Shown: positions 18,021-28,861 of the stretch, piece after piece
How positions within the stretch are numbered: the first letter of the stretch is position 1
Layout of the letters: each line of letters begins with the position of its first letter
NCBI GenBank assembly: GCA_964015035.1
Contig: CAXHCA010000005.1
Location: 15,645 to 79,644, forward strand
Origin: an uncultured Saprospiraceae bacterium
Lineage (GTDB): Bacteria; Bacteroidota; Bacteroidia; Chitinophagales; Saprospiraceae
Length of the DNA stretch: 64,000 nucleotides
Reading direction: 5' to 3'
Position numbers and translations under genes: made by a program
Notes under the pieces: generated by a model
The model's input: only the letters and a program-made list of their open reading frames with translations
The model's database searches: none
Told to the model about the DNA's origin: nothing

Positions 18021-19133
18021 ATGCAAAACCTCATTTTTTGGATTTTTATCTTGGCTACGGCAGTGCAATTGTTCTTTTGGGGAGGGGTGTTTTCCAGGTT
18101 GGCCCGGTATTTGGTAAAAAAAAATAAAAAATCTGAGGCCACTCATTTTCCCGGAGTTTCAGTAGTGATTTGCGCCCGCAATGAAGCGGAAAATCTGAAA
18201 AAAAACCTTCCCGGCATCCTCCAACAGGATTATCCTTTGTTTGAAGTTATCGTCGTAAATGACGATTCAAATGATGAAACCTGGAAAATTCTTTTGGATT
18301 TTCAAACAAAAAATCCGATCTTACACCCTGTAAACGTCACAGAAAAGTTGTTGCCCGGAAAAAAGGCAGCATTGACAAAGGGCATCGAAGCCGCCCGTCA
18401 TGAAATCATATTACTCACCGACGCAGATTGTCGGCCTACAAGTAAGGAATGGATTTTTAAAATGCAATCCGCACTTAAAGGCAAAATTCAAATCGGTTTA
18501 GGTTATGGTCCGTATTTTTCTAAGAAAGGCTTCCTGAATACTTTTATACGCTTTGAGACTGTTTACGCGGCTATCCAATACCAATCCTTCACATTAATGC
18601 GAATGCCCTACATGGGTGTAGGGCGAAATTTAGTTTATCGCAAGTCTTTGTTTGCAAAAGCAAATGGCTTTCGAAAACATGCTCATCTTGCGTCCGGTGA
18701 TGATGATTTATTCATTAATGCCGTTGCTAATGGGCATAATACTACTGTTATATTAGATCCAGCCACTTTTGTGTTTTCCGAAGCCAAAAGCAGCTGGAGA
18801 GACTACTACTACCAAAAATCGAGACACTTAACTACTGGTAGCCATTATCGGCTCCGCCACCAATTGGCACTGGGCGCACTTGCAGCCAGCCATTTTGGGC
18901 ATTACGCCGGCGCGATAATTCTACTTGGGTTAGGAGTCAGCCCTCAGGCAATTTGTATATGGTATTTGGTGAGAATCCTAGTAGTAGTCGCAGTGTATGC
19001 AGGCATCCTATCCAAACTCAAGGCAGTTGATCTGCTTCCCTGGATCCCTTTTCTAGACTTATTTTATCTGCTCTACTACTTGGCATTTACACCGGCTTTA
19101 TTAACAACCGGCAATCAAAGAAAATGGAAGTAG
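18021..19133 (+). CDS. Family 2 glycosyltransferase (membrane-associated)
   Basis: GT-A blocks VSVVICARNE, VNDDSNDET and TDADC. C-terminal TM segments. Confidence 0.85.
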   Translation: MQNLIFWIFILATAVQLFFWGGVFSRLARYLVKKNKKSEATHFPGVSVVICARNEAENLKKNLPGILQQDYPLFEVIVVNDDSNDETWKILLDFQTKNPILHPVNVTEKLLPGKKAALTKGIEAARHEIILLTDADCRPTSKEWIFKMQSALKGKIQIGLGYGPYFSKKGFLNTFIRFETVYAAIQYQSFTLMRMPYMGVGRNLVYRKSLFAKANGFRKHAHLASGDDDLFINAVANGHNTTVILDPATFVFSEAKSSWRDYYYQKSRHLTTGSHYRLRHQLALGALAASHFGHYAGAIILLGLGVSPQAICIWYLVRILVVVAVYAGILSKLKAVDLLPWIPFLDLFYLLYYLAFTPALLTTGNQRKWK

Positions 19134-19771
19134 TAGCCAAAAACGTATTATCAAAAAAGGCCCACGCCGATTATGAATTGGTAAAAAAGGCCGTACAAGG
19201 CGATCAAAGAGCGTATGCTTCACTGATGAATCGTTACCAAACCTCGATTTATCACCTGATGTTGAAAATGGTCAACGATCGCGAAGACGCCAATGACCTC
19301 ACCATTGAGGCTTTTGGTAAGGCTTTTCTTAAACTCCCCAGCTACGTACCGCGCTACGCTTTTAGTACCTGGTTGTTTAAGATTGCTATCAATAATTGCA
19401 TCGATTACGTGCGTAAAAAGCGCATGTTGACCTACTCTATCGATGATCCGATCGAACCGGATAGCGAGCAGGATTACAGCAGTAGCTTGCGGGCCAAAGT
19501 GCTCAACCCGGAAGAGGAAGTGATTCGCAAGCAACGGGTCAAATTGATGAGACAAGTATTAACCAAACTCAGTAATAAGTACCGTCTGATGATCGAGCTG
19601 CGCTTTTTTGAAGAGCTCAGCTATGAAGAAATATCCAACGAGTTGAATATTCCACTCGGAACGGTAAAAGCTCAATTGTTTCGGGCCAAAGAAATGCTCT
19701 ACGAATTGTTGCAACAGCCAGGTGCCAGTGCCTATCTGGAAACAACAAGACGTCGGACAGGAACAGCCTGA
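19124..19771 (+). CDS. RNA polymerase sigma-70 family (ECF-type) sigma factor
   Basis: Region 2 (DLTIEAFGKAFLKL...WLFKIAINNCIDYVRKK) and region 4 (LSYEEISNELNIPLGTVKAQLFRAK). Overlaps the GT2 stop by 10 nt. Confidence 0.85.
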   Translation: MEVVAKNVLSKKAHADYELVKKAVQGDQRAYASLMNRYQTSIYHLMLKMVNDREDANDLTIEAFGKAFLKLPSYVPRYAFSTWLFKIAINNCIDYVRKKRMLTYSIDDPIEPDSEQDYSSSLRAKVLNPEEEVIRKQRVKLMRQVLTKLSNKYRLMIELRFFEELSYEEISNELNIPLGTVKAQLFRAKEMLYELLQQPGASAYLETTRRRTGTA

Positions 19772-19898
19772 TTGTTTTTACGATTTAGTCGTAAGCCCAA
19801 AAGTTATCCTAATTAATATTAAGCTTTAGTTTCAACAAGTTCACATTCGATAGGAGTCTTCTTCTCAGAGAAGGCTCCTATTTTTTGTAGTACTTTGC

Positions 19899-19906
19899 TA
19901 ATTTTG
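19899..19906 (+). promoter_or_regulatory. Bacteroidetes-type -7 box TAnnTTTG (TAATTTTG)
   Basis: Exact TAnnTTTG match 13 nt upstream of the ATG at 19919. No well-spaced -33 TTTG was confirmed. Confidence 0.3.
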
Positions 19907-19918
19907 CAGGAAAAAGTT

Positions 19919-20479
19919 ATGAAAGCAACCTTTGCCAATTTTTTTCTGCTCATTAGTGCCTTCTTGTGTTTATTCACTTCCTGTGGCCCCACAGCGGATG
20001 CACCAAACAGCAATCGCGATGATCAACTAGCTGCTATCAATGCGTTGGAACAAAAATTGCGTGCTCAAAAAGACGTCAAATTGGATACGGCTTCCGCCAA
20101 TGCGCTGATCGAGCAGAGCATGGATTTTGTCACCACTTACCCCAGTGATTCTTTGTCCGGCGATATCTTATTCAAAGCTGCCGATGTATCAAGAGGCGTA
20201 GGGCATTACCAACAAGCTATTGAGATGTGGGACCGTTTTTATCGCGAATATCCTACCCACGACAAAGTGCCCATTTCCCTCTTTCTGAAGGCATTTACCG
20301 CAGATAAAGATTTGAAAGATGTCGGATTGGCTATTTCCTCTTACGAACGATTCCTACTAAAATATCCGGATCATCCGGTGGCCAAGGATGCCCGTTTTTT
20401 ACTGGAAATCCTGCAAAACGATCAATCGCCGGAGGAGCTGATCAAACAGTTTGAAAAGAATAATCCGGGAGATGAATAA
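19919..20479 (+). CDS. TPR-like lipoprotein
   Basis: Lipoprotein signal MKATFANFFLLISAFLCLFTSC from the internal Met at 19919. Helical repeat composition (YbgF/TPR-like). Confidence 0.6.
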   Translation: MKATFANFFLLISAFLCLFTSCGPTADAPNSNRDDQLAAINALEQKLRAQKDVKLDTASANALIEQSMDFVTTYPSDSLSGDILFKAADVSRGVGHYQQAIEMWDRFYREYPTHDKVPISLFLKAFTADKDLKDVGLAISSYERFLLKYPDHPVAKDARFLLEILQNDQSPEELIKQFEKNNPGDE

Positions 20480-20675
20480 TGCTTTTGTTACTAAAGCGTT
20501 AAAGTTGACCAGACTGGCCGGAAGGGAGGACATGCGCCCGCTAGATTTTGGTTATCTTGCAGGTTAATGTAATTCGTACCTGACAATTGGGAGATTACCT
20601 TCTAAAAAGACTTGCCTTTCGGCCAATGTTACGGCTGTTGTCAGTACCGAAAGAACTAAAATAAAAGACCTCATT

Positions 20676-21848
20676 ATGAAAAATTTGATTTTAACCTCAC
20701 TTATATTATTCATCGGATTGGTTAATGCTAAGGCTCAAGGGATTGAGTTTTTCCACGGCACGTGGGAAGAAGCGGTGGCCAAAGCGCAGAAAGAAGAAAA
20801 AGTCATTTTTGTGGATGCCTACGCCAGTTGGTGCGGACCGTGCAAGCGCATGGCCGCCAATGTGTTTCCACAGCCGGAAGTGGGCGAATTTTTTAATAAA
20901 AACTTCGTTTGCCTCAAGCTGGATATGGAGAAAGATCCGGTAGGGGTGCGGTTTCGTCAAAAATATCCCGTTTCGGCATTTCCTACCCTTTATTTCATCG
21001 ATTACAATGAAGAAGTGGTGCAGGTGGTTCGCGGTGCTCAACAGGCTGATGCCTTGATCAAATTGGGGGAGAGTGTGTTGGGAAAAGTAGACCGTAGTGG
21101 CGAATTTTCGGAGGCTTACGAAAATGGCGACCGCAACCCGGAATTGGTGTACAACTACGTTAAAGCCCTCAACCGGGCAGGAAAGTCCAGTCTGAAAATT
21201 GCCAATGACTACCTACGCGATCAGGAAGACCTGACCACGGAGCAAAACCTCAAATTTATCCTGGAAGCGACTACCGAAGCCGATTCGCGAATTTTTGCAT
21301 TGATGATTGAAAATCGCAAGTCCATTGAAGCCCTGATGGGCAAAGAAGCAGTACAGGAAAAAATTATGCAAGCTTGTCAGGCCACTGCACAAAAAGGCAT
21401 CGAGTTTGAAAGTAAGGACCTGATTGACGAAGCCATCGGCAAGATGAAAAAGCATTATCCTGCGGAAGCGGAAGTTTTTGCCATCAAGACCCAGATGTCC
21501 TTTTGCCTGGAATGCCAAGATGCTAAAGAATACGTTGACGCTTGTAAGGATTACGCCAAGAAGGTAGTCAACAACGATCCGGAGCACTTGGACAAATTGG
21601 CCATCACCCTGCTCAAGAAATTTGGCGATGATGACAAGGCGATGAAAACGGCAGAAAAATTTGCCGAAAAGGCAGCAAAAGACAGCAATCGCTACGAATA
21701 TTACATCACCTATGCCGATATTTTGAAGAAAAACGGCAAGCAGAAAGATGCATTGGATGCCGCTAATAGATCACTGGAACTTGCTCGGGAGCAAGGGCCC
21801 AATGCCGTGCGGATGGTGGAAGGTTTTATTCAGCGCATTCAAGGGTAA
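20676..21848 (+). CDS. Thioredoxin-fold protein with helical C-terminal domain (exported)
   Basis: Signal peptide, WCGPCK redox motif, 390 aa. Confidence 0.8.
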   Translation: MKNLILTSLILFIGLVNAKAQGIEFFHGTWEEAVAKAQKEEKVIFVDAYASWCGPCKRMAANVFPQPEVGEFFNKNFVCLKLDMEKDPVGVRFRQKYPVSAFPTLYFIDYNEEVVQVVRGAQQADALIKLGESVLGKVDRSGEFSEAYENGDRNPELVYNYVKALNRAGKSSLKIANDYLRDQEDLTTEQNLKFILEATTEADSRIFALMIENRKSIEALMGKEAVQEKIMQACQATAQKGIEFESKDLIDEAIGKMKKHYPAEAEVFAIKTQMSFCLECQDAKEYVDACKDYAKKVVNNDPEHLDKLAITLLKKFGDDDKAMKTAEKFAEKAAKDSNRYEYYITYADILKKNGKQKDALDAANRSLELAREQGPNAVRMVEGFIQRIQG

Positions 21849-21930
21849 TCAGAATTTCGCCATTTAAATCCTCATTCGGTTGGGCAACTAATCGAAAGGA
21901 CGACGTGTTGTTCAAAAAAAAATAACCATA

Positions 21931-23091
21931 ATGAAACTCAAATTAATTGTATTGTTGCAGATCCTGTTCATCGGAAATATGATGGCTCAGGGAGGGATCA
22001 AATTTTCGGAAGGGTCGTGGAACGATATTTTGGCGAAGGCTAAAGCGGAAAACCGCATTATCTTCATGGATGCCTATACGACCTGGTGTGGCCCTTGTAA
22101 AATGATGGCGCAAAATTCCTTTCCGGAAAGATCGGTAGGGGATTATTTTAACGCCCAATTTGTCAACGTAAAAATTGACATGGAGAAAGGAGAAGGCCTG
22201 CAAATCGCGCAGGATTATCAGGTAAGAGCTTATCCCACACTGCTTTTTATCAATGGAGATGGCGAGCTGGTACACCGTGGCGTGGGCTACCGTGGCCCTG
22301 ATGAATTGCTGGCTTTGGGCAAAATTGCCGCCGATCCAAAATCAAATATGCTCGGAATGGCAGAGACCTATAAAAGTGGTGATTACCAGCCGGATTTTTT
22401 ACGCCGCTATGCATTGGCGAAAGCCGAAATGATGGACGGGAGCCATGAAGAAATTGCGGATGCCTATTTGGAAACACAAAAAGATTGGAATACCGAGCAA
22501 AATCGCGAGTTCATCTATACCATGATTGATGATGCCGAGGGAAAAAAGTTTGACTATCTGGTAGAAAACCGGGCGGCTTTCGCCCAACAATTTGGCAAAG
22601 CAGCAGTGATCAATCGCATTCAGGCGTTGATTTTGCGCAAGGCATTTTCCAATGCCACAGAAATGCCGGCACTAGAGGAAATTGATGCTTTATTTGCGAA
22701 AGCATATCCTGAAGTGGCGCCTCAATTGTCGGCTAGTTTTAGAATGAACTACTACCAGCAGGTGGGCGATATGGACAACTTTGCCAAAGCAGCTATCAAC
22801 TACTTCGACAAATATCCCTCTGATGATTTGATGGAGTTGAATAATGCTTCTTGGGCCTTTTTTGAGAGTGTCAATGACATGAAGCAGCTGAAAAAGGCCG
22901 TAAAATGGGCGGAAAAGTCGGTCAAAATTGATAAACAATATTTCAATCTGGATACGTTGGCCGCGCTGTATTTTAAAACCGGACAACAGAAAAAGGGGCT
23001 CAAAACAGCCAATGAGGCCATTGAGTTGGCGAAAGCCAATGATGAGGATTATTCCGGTACCGAGGTATTGATTGAGATGTATACAAAATAA
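21931..23091 (+). CDS. Thioredoxin-fold protein, tandem paralog of the preceding gene
   Basis: Signal peptide, WCGPCK motif, and the same domain order as 20676-21848 (386 aa). Confidence 0.8.
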   Translation: MKLKLIVLLQILFIGNMMAQGGIKFSEGSWNDILAKAKAENRIIFMDAYTTWCGPCKMMAQNSFPERSVGDYFNAQFVNVKIDMEKGEGLQIAQDYQVRAYPTLLFINGDGELVHRGVGYRGPDELLALGKIAADPKSNMLGMAETYKSGDYQPDFLRRYALAKAEMMDGSHEEIADAYLETQKDWNTEQNREFIYTMIDDAEGKKFDYLVENRAAFAQQFGKAAVINRIQALILRKAFSNATEMPALEEIDALFAKAYPEVAPQLSASFRMNYYQQVGDMDNFAKAAINYFDKYPSDDLMELNNASWAFFESVNDMKQLKKAVKWAEKSVKIDKQYFNLDTLAALYFKTGQQKKGLKTANEAIELAKANDEDYSGTEVLIEMYTK

Positions 23092-23097
23092 TATTTA

Positions 23098-24156
23098 ATG
23101 GCAGAACAGGAAAAAGTAAGCCGTACGGACGTCAATACTTTGGGCGAATTTGGACTGATTGACCACTTGACCAAGGAGGCTCGGAGAGAAAATCCGTCTA
23201 CACTGAAAGGTGTTGGCGATGATGCGGCAGTGATTGATAATGGAGCTCACTTGACGGTGGTGTCCACAGATATGTTGGTAGAAGGCATTCATTTTGATTT
23301 GATGTATACCCCACTGAAACATTTGGGCTATAAATCGGTAGTGGTCAACCTTTCTGACATCTATGCAATGAATGCGACGCCCAAGCAGGTAACCGTGTCC
23401 ATGGCTTTGTCCAACCGGTTTTCGGTTGAGGCGCTGGAAGAACTGTACGCCGGTATTCATGCTGCTTGCGAACGCTACGGTGTGGATTTGGTGGGGGGAG
23501 ATACAACCTCTTCACCCAAGGGGCTCTATCTCAGTATCACAGCCATTGGGCAAGTGAAAAAGGAGAAGGTCGTGTACCGCAATACTGCCCGCGTAGGCGA
23601 TTTGGTGTGTATTACCGGTAATTTGGGAGCGGCGTACTTGGGGTTGCAATTGTTGGAACGCGAACGTCAGGTGTACCTGGCCGATCCCAATATGAAACCC
23701 GATTTGGAAAACCAAGATTTTCTGGTGGGCCGATTGCTCAAGCCGGAGGCGCGGCAGGACATTATCGATATGTTTGCCAAAAACAAACTGGTGCCTACGT
23801 CTATGATCGATATTTCGGATGGACTGGCGTCGGAATTGTATCATATTTGCCAGCAGTCGGGGGTGGGGGCCTTCATTGAGGAAAGTGGTGTGCCCATTCA
23901 CCCTGATGCCCAGCAGATGGCCATCAAGTTTAAACTAGACCCGATCACTTGTGCGTTGAGTGGTGGAGAAGATTACGAGCTTTTATTTACTATACGGCCA
24001 AACGATGTGGAGAAAATTCGATATTTGCCAGACATTTACATCGCCGGAGAGATCGTGAAAGCGTCGGATGGCATCAAATTGCATACCACCGGGGGGAATA
24101 TCCACGATATCACGGCTCAAGGGTGGAAACATTTTAACCCCGGAAACAAGGGGTAA
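23098..24156 (+). CDS. thiL: Thiamine-monophosphate kinase
   Basis: AIR-synthase-like fold blocks GVGDDAAVI and GGDTTSS. 352 aa. Confidence 0.9.
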   Translation: MAEQEKVSRTDVNTLGEFGLIDHLTKEARRENPSTLKGVGDDAAVIDNGAHLTVVSTDMLVEGIHFDLMYTPLKHLGYKSVVVNLSDIYAMNATPKQVTVSMALSNRFSVEALEELYAGIHAACERYGVDLVGGDTTSSPKGLYLSITAIGQVKKEKVVYRNTARVGDLVCITGNLGAAYLGLQLLERERQVYLADPNMKPDLENQDFLVGRLLKPEARQDIIDMFAKNKLVPTSMIDISDGLASELYHICQQSGVGAFIEESGVPIHPDAQQMAIKFKLDPITCALSGGEDYELLFTIRPNDVEKIRYLPDIYIAGEIVKASDGIKLHTTGGNIHDITAQGWKHFNPGNKG

Positions 24157-24186
24157 TGAATCTCAATATATTACAATCGTAAGTTC

Positions 24187-25188
24187 ATGAAAAGAATATT
24201 TTTCCTGCTCATCGTTGGAGTGCTGCTTTTTCAATCCTGTAAAGAAGACCCCAAACCGGAAAAAGAGAAGAAGCAACTGCCCGTTCCTAAATTTGAGCGG
24301 GATTCGGCTTATGCCTATGTGGAAAAGCAAGTGGCTTTTGGGCCAAGAGTGGTGAATTCAGAAGGGCATAAAGCCACCAAAGAATGGTTGGTCAATAAAT
24401 TCAAAGACTTTGGAGCCAAGGTGATTGAGCAGGATTTTCAAGCCAAAGCCTACACGGGGGAAATACTAAATGGCACTAATATCATTGCACAATACAACCC
24501 GGAAGCACGCAGCCGGATTGTACTGTCAGCCCACTGGGATACCCGCCACATTGCCGATTCACCGCTGAGCAAGGAACGCCAAAATGAACCGATACTGGGC
24601 GCCGATGACGGGGCGAGCGGCGTCGGTGTTTTGTTGGAAATTGCCCGTCAATTGCAAGCCAACCCAATAGACCTTGGTGTCGATATTGTCCTTTTTGATG
24701 CCGAAGATTACGGCGAAAGCCGGGAGCAATACGCCAATGCTGCGGAAGAGCGCGAGAGCCTTTATTCCTGGGCCTTGGGATCGCAACACTGGGCAAAAAA
24801 TGTACACGCCTCAGGCATTCAATATGGAATTTTGCTGGATATGGTTGGGGCTAAAGGGGCCCGTTTCCCTAAAGAAGCTTATTCCATGCAGTTTGCACCG
24901 GAGGTGGTGGATAAAGTTTGGAAATTGGCCAACCAAATGGGATATGGCAATTATTTTCACAATGCAGCGGGCGGCGGCGTCACCGATGACCACGTCTTTG
25001 TGAATAACATAGCGGGTATCAAAATGATCGACATTATTAATTTACCGATTGATTCTGACAATAAAGGCTTCGGTTCTCACTGGCACACCCACAATGACGA
25101 TCTTGATGTGATTGATAAACGCAGTTTGCGGGCGGTGGGACAGGTGCTGCTGGCCGTGATCTACCGGGAAGCGGCGGGGACTTTATAA
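24187..25188 (+). CDS. M28 family metallopeptidase (glutaminyl-cyclase-like), lipoprotein
   Basis: Lipobox LFQSC. M28 blocks SAHWDTRH, GADDGASGVGVLLE and LFDAEDYG. Confidence 0.85.
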   Translation: MKRIFFLLIVGVLLFQSCKEDPKPEKEKKQLPVPKFERDSAYAYVEKQVAFGPRVVNSEGHKATKEWLVNKFKDFGAKVIEQDFQAKAYTGEILNGTNIIAQYNPEARSRIVLSAHWDTRHIADSPLSKERQNEPILGADDGASGVGVLLEIARQLQANPIDLGVDIVLFDAEDYGESREQYANAAEERESLYSWALGSQHWAKNVHASGIQYGILLDMVGAKGARFPKEAYSMQFAPEVVDKVWKLANQMGYGNYFHNAAGGGVTDDHVFVNNIAGIKMIDIINLPIDSDNKGFGSHWHTHNDDLDVIDKRSLRAVGQVLLAVIYREAAGTL

Positions 25189-25212
25189 ACCAATAGACCA
25201 ATAAGATCTGCC

Positions 25213-26667
25213 ATGACCACTGATACCACCATTTTAAATTACATCAACGGTAACTTACAACCGCCACTATCCGGCAATTATCTTGATAATTATGATCCCT
25301 CTACGGGACAGGTATACAGCCAGATCCCAGATTCGGGTCAGGACGATGTGCAACAGGCCGTAGAGGCAGCCAAAAAGGCCTTTCCGCATTGGTCGTCCTG
25401 TGGAACACAGGAACGGTCGCGTATCATGGTGCGTATTGCCGATTTGATTGCAGAAAATCTGGATGCTTTTGCGAAAGCAGAAAGCCAGGATAATGGCAAG
25501 CCGGTATGGTTGTCTTCCAGTGTTGATATTCCCCGTGCTGAGGCCAATTTTCGTTTTTTTGCCACCGCAATTTTGCATTTTAGCAGTGAAGCCCATCGCA
25601 TGGAAGGGGTAGCGATCAATTATACCATTCGCCAACCGATTGGTGTGGTTGGATGTATTTCGCCCTGGAATTTGCCTTTGTATTTATTTACCTGGAAAAT
25701 AGCGCCTGCCCTGGCAACGGGCAACTGCGTGGTAGCCAAACCTTCCGAATTGACGCCAATGACGGCCTTTTTGCTGTCTAAAGTGTGTCAAGAAGCCGGA
25801 CTGCCAGCTGGCGTATTAAATATTGTGCACGGCTTGGGCGGTAATACCGGGCAAGCCATTGTCGAACATCCGGAAATTAAAGCCATTTCCTTTACCGGAG
25901 GTACACAAACCGGAAAGAGCATTGCCGCGACGGCAGCGCCTATGTTTAAAAAGCTTTCGCTGGAATTGGGTGGTAAAAATCCCAATATCATCTTTGCCGA
26001 CTGCGATTTTGAGGAGATGATGGATGCCACCATGCGGTCTTCTTTTGCGAATAATGGCCAGATCTGTCTATGTGGTTCCAGGATTTATATTGAGCGCCCT
26101 ATTTACGAGCGGTTTCGTGATGAATTGGTCAAAAGAACCCGGGCCTTAAAAGTGGGAGATCCACTGAGCGAAGGTTCTGACCTTGGGGCCTTGGTTTCCA
26201 AAGCACACCTGGAAAAAGTCAAATCCTACCTCACGCTGGCTCAGCAGGAAGGGGGCAAAATACTCTGTGGCGGAGCCGCAATTGATCATCGGGAAGAACG
26301 CCTGCGCAGTGGTTATTATCTTAGTCCGGCGGTGATAGAAGGCCTACCCATCGGTTGTCGGACCAATCAGGAAGAAATTTTCGGACCTGTAGTCACCATC
26401 GCTCCTTTTGATAGCGAAGAAGAAGCCATCGCGTTGGCCAATGGCACCGTCTATGGCCTGGCCTCCACGCTTTGGACCAGCAATTTACAACGCGCCACTC
26501 GTGTAGCGGAACAGTTGCAGGCCGGGATTGTGTGGGTCAACTGCTGGATGCTTCGAGATCTGCGCACCCCATTTGGAGGTGTTAAAAACTCTGGTGTGGG
26601 TCGCGAAGGAGGATTGGAGGCGTTCCGCTTCTTCACCGAGGCCAAGAATGTGTGTTTGAAGTATTGA
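25213..26667 (+). CDS. NAD-dependent aldehyde dehydrogenase
   Basis: 484 aa. ELGGKNP block and catalytic Cys in GQICLCGSR. Confidence 0.9.
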   Translation: MTTDTTILNYINGNLQPPLSGNYLDNYDPSTGQVYSQIPDSGQDDVQQAVEAAKKAFPHWSSCGTQERSRIMVRIADLIAENLDAFAKAESQDNGKPVWLSSSVDIPRAEANFRFFATAILHFSSEAHRMEGVAINYTIRQPIGVVGCISPWNLPLYLFTWKIAPALATGNCVVAKPSELTPMTAFLLSKVCQEAGLPAGVLNIVHGLGGNTGQAIVEHPEIKAISFTGGTQTGKSIAATAAPMFKKLSLELGGKNPNIIFADCDFEEMMDATMRSSFANNGQICLCGSRIYIERPIYERFRDELVKRTRALKVGDPLSEGSDLGALVSKAHLEKVKSYLTLAQQEGGKILCGGAAIDHREERLRSGYYLSPAVIEGLPIGCRTNQEEIFGPVVTIAPFDSEEEAIALANGTVYGLASTLWTSNLQRATRVAEQLQAGIVWVNCWMLRDLRTPFGGVKNSGVGREGGLEAFRFFTEAKNVCLKY

Positions 26668-26738
26668 GGGCAGGCTTAGACTCCAAATTGTCCCATTTCC
26701 CAAATATCCCTATCTTTGCAACCAAATTAAAAATTCCG

Positions 26739-28088
26739 ATGGCTACGCCAAAGACAGTTGCCTTTTACACGCTGGGTTGCAAGCTCAATTATTCTGAAAC
26801 ATCGTCGATCGGGCGCTTGTTTGAGGATGCAGGGTATGGAGAAGTGAAGTTTGACGAAGGGGCGGATATCTACGTGATCAACACCTGCTCTGTCACCGAT
26901 TTTGCCGATAAGAAATGTCGCAATATCGTGCGGAAAGCGCTGCGGCACAATGCCCAGGCGTTTGTGGTTGTGATTGGTTGTTACGCCCAACTGAAACCGG
27001 AAGAAATCTCCAATATCTCCGGGGTTGATCTGGTGCTCGGTGCAGCCGAGAAATTCCGCATTCTGGAATACATTGATGACCTCAGCAAATCGCCCGATAA
27101 AGGTATGGTGAGGGCCGGGGAGGTGACTGAAGCGAAGGACTTTATCAATGCTTTTTCCTTTGGTGATCGGACCCGATCGTTTCTTAAAGTACAGGATGGC
27201 TGCAATTATAAATGTACCTTTTGTACCATCCCGCTAGCCCGAGGTAAGAGCCGTAGCGATACCGTTGAAAATGTGGTGGCTAATGCCAAAAAAATTGCCG
27301 CATTAGGGGTGAAAGAGATTGTGCTGACCGGGGTCAATATTGGCGACTTTGGCAATGGCACGGAAGTGATAGAAGGCGTCAGACCTCGGAAAGAAGCTCT
27401 TTTCATCGACCTGATCCGGGCATTGGATGAGGTAGCAGGTATCGAACGGTTCCGGATCTCTTCCATCGAGCCCAATTTGTGTACCGATGAAATTATCGAA
27501 TTTGTAGCCCAATCCAAGCGGTTTGTTCCCCATTTTCACATGCCATTGCAGTCTGGAAATAACCGACAATTGCAACAAATGCGCCGTCGCTACAAGCGTG
27601 AATTGTATGCCTCTCGCGTGGCAAAGATCAAGGAATTGATGCCGCATTGCTGCATCGGTGTGGATACCATTGTCGGATTTCCCGGAGAGACCGAAGAAGA
27701 TTTCTTGGAGTCCTACCGCTTTATCAACGAACTGGACATTTCCTACCTGCACGTCTTTACCTATTCGGAACGTCCCAATACGCCTGCGGTAGAAATGGAG
27801 GGCAAAGTCCCTATGCAGGAGCGCCGTCGCCGCAACGAAATGCTGAATATTCTAAGTGACAAAAAGCGGCGACATTTTTATAGCCAGCACCTGGGAGAAG
27901 AACGCATTGTTTTGTTTGAACACAGTAAAACTCCGGGATTAATGTCCGGATTTACCGACAACTACGTCAAAGTCGAGCTGCCATTGGACGAAAGTCTACT
28001 CAACAAACTGGCTCCCGTTACCCTTCAGGATATCAACGATCAGGGATTGGTGAATGCCGTGCTGTGTGATGTTAAAGTCACTACCTAA
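26739..28088 (+). CDS. mtaB: tRNA methylthiotransferase MtaB-like (radical SAM)
   Basis: MTTase N-domain (VAFYTLGCKLN) and radical-SAM CNYKCTFC. Start placed at the Met at 26739 (MATPKTV). Confidence 0.88.
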   Translation: MATPKTVAFYTLGCKLNYSETSSIGRLFEDAGYGEVKFDEGADIYVINTCSVTDFADKKCRNIVRKALRHNAQAFVVVIGCYAQLKPEEISNISGVDLVLGAAEKFRILEYIDDLSKSPDKGMVRAGEVTEAKDFINAFSFGDRTRSFLKVQDGCNYKCTFCTIPLARGKSRSDTVENVVANAKKIAALGVKEIVLTGVNIGDFGNGTEVIEGVRPRKEALFIDLIRALDEVAGIERFRISSIEPNLCTDEIIEFVAQSKRFVPHFHMPLQSGNNRQLQQMRRRYKRELYASRVAKIKELMPHCCIGVDTIVGFPGETEEDFLESYRFINELDISYLHVFTYSERPNTPAVEMEGKVPMQERRRRNEMLNILSDKKRRHFYSQHLGEERIVLFEHSKTPGLMSGFTDNYVKVELPLDESLLNKLAPVTLQDINDQGLVNAVLCDVKVTT

Positions 28089-28809
28089 ACGACTTATCCC
28101 GCCAAAGTTTTTGCCCTTGTTCAAGCGCCTCCGGCTTGCCCACATCCAGCCAGATGTCCGCATCGTGGCGATAGGCTTGGATAACTTCTTTTTGTGCGGC
28201 CTCGAGATACACATCAATGATGGAAAAAACCTCCTGATCTGGAAAGTAACGAAATAGATTGGGATGGATCACGTGAATGCCGCTAAAGGAAAGGGGCGTT
28301 TGCACATCGGCATAGCGGCTGATTTTTTGTTCTCCCGTCTTCATGTTTTGCCAGCCACAAAGGGTCTGGTTTTGATCAAATAGTAGCTTGCGGGAGCTCT
28401 CCCGGTCTCTCACGGCCAGAGTGGCGATGGCGTCAGTACCTAATTGCTGTTGATATAAAGCTGCCAAATCAATATTGGTTAAGATGTCGGCATTGTATAC
28501 CAAAAAAGGGCCGTCTTGTAAAAACCAAGCGGCTTTTTTTAAGCCGCCTCCAGTATCCAATAGTTGATCTCGTTCGTCGGAAATTTCGAGGTGAATGCCA
28601 AAATGATCCTTAGCTTCGAGAAAGTCGATGATCTGTTGTCCGAAGTGGTGAATGTTGATGATTACCTCTCGAAAGCCGTGATGAATTAGCTTTTGAAGGG
28701 CAATTTCCAGCAATGGAATGCCATTGACCTCAACCAGAGCCTTTGGTTTGTTGTTGGTTAATGGACGTAATCGGGTGCCGAGGCCGGCAGCAAAGATCAT
28801 GGCCTTCAT
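28081..28809 (-). CDS. Sugar-phosphate nucleotidyltransferase (MurU/mannose-1-P guanylyltransferase-like)
   Basis: N-terminal AAGLGTRLRPLT motif. Start placed at the internal Met at 28809. Confidence 0.8.
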   Translation of the reverse strand: MKAMIFAAGLGTRLRPLTNNKPKALVEVNGIPLLEIALQKLIHHGFREVIINIHHFGQQIIDFLEAKDHFGIHLEISDERDQLLDTGGGLKKAAWFLQDGPFLVYNADILTNIDLAALYQQQLGTDAIATLAVRDRESSRKLLFDQNQTLCGWQNMKTGEQKISRYADVQTPLSFSGIHVIHPNLFRYFPDQEVFSIIDVYLEAAQKEVIQAYRHDADIWLDVGKPEALEQGQKLWRDKSFR

Positions 28810-28861
28810 GAATTGATGCTTTTTGTGAAACTTGGTAGCCAAAAGTCTTACTTTTACACGC

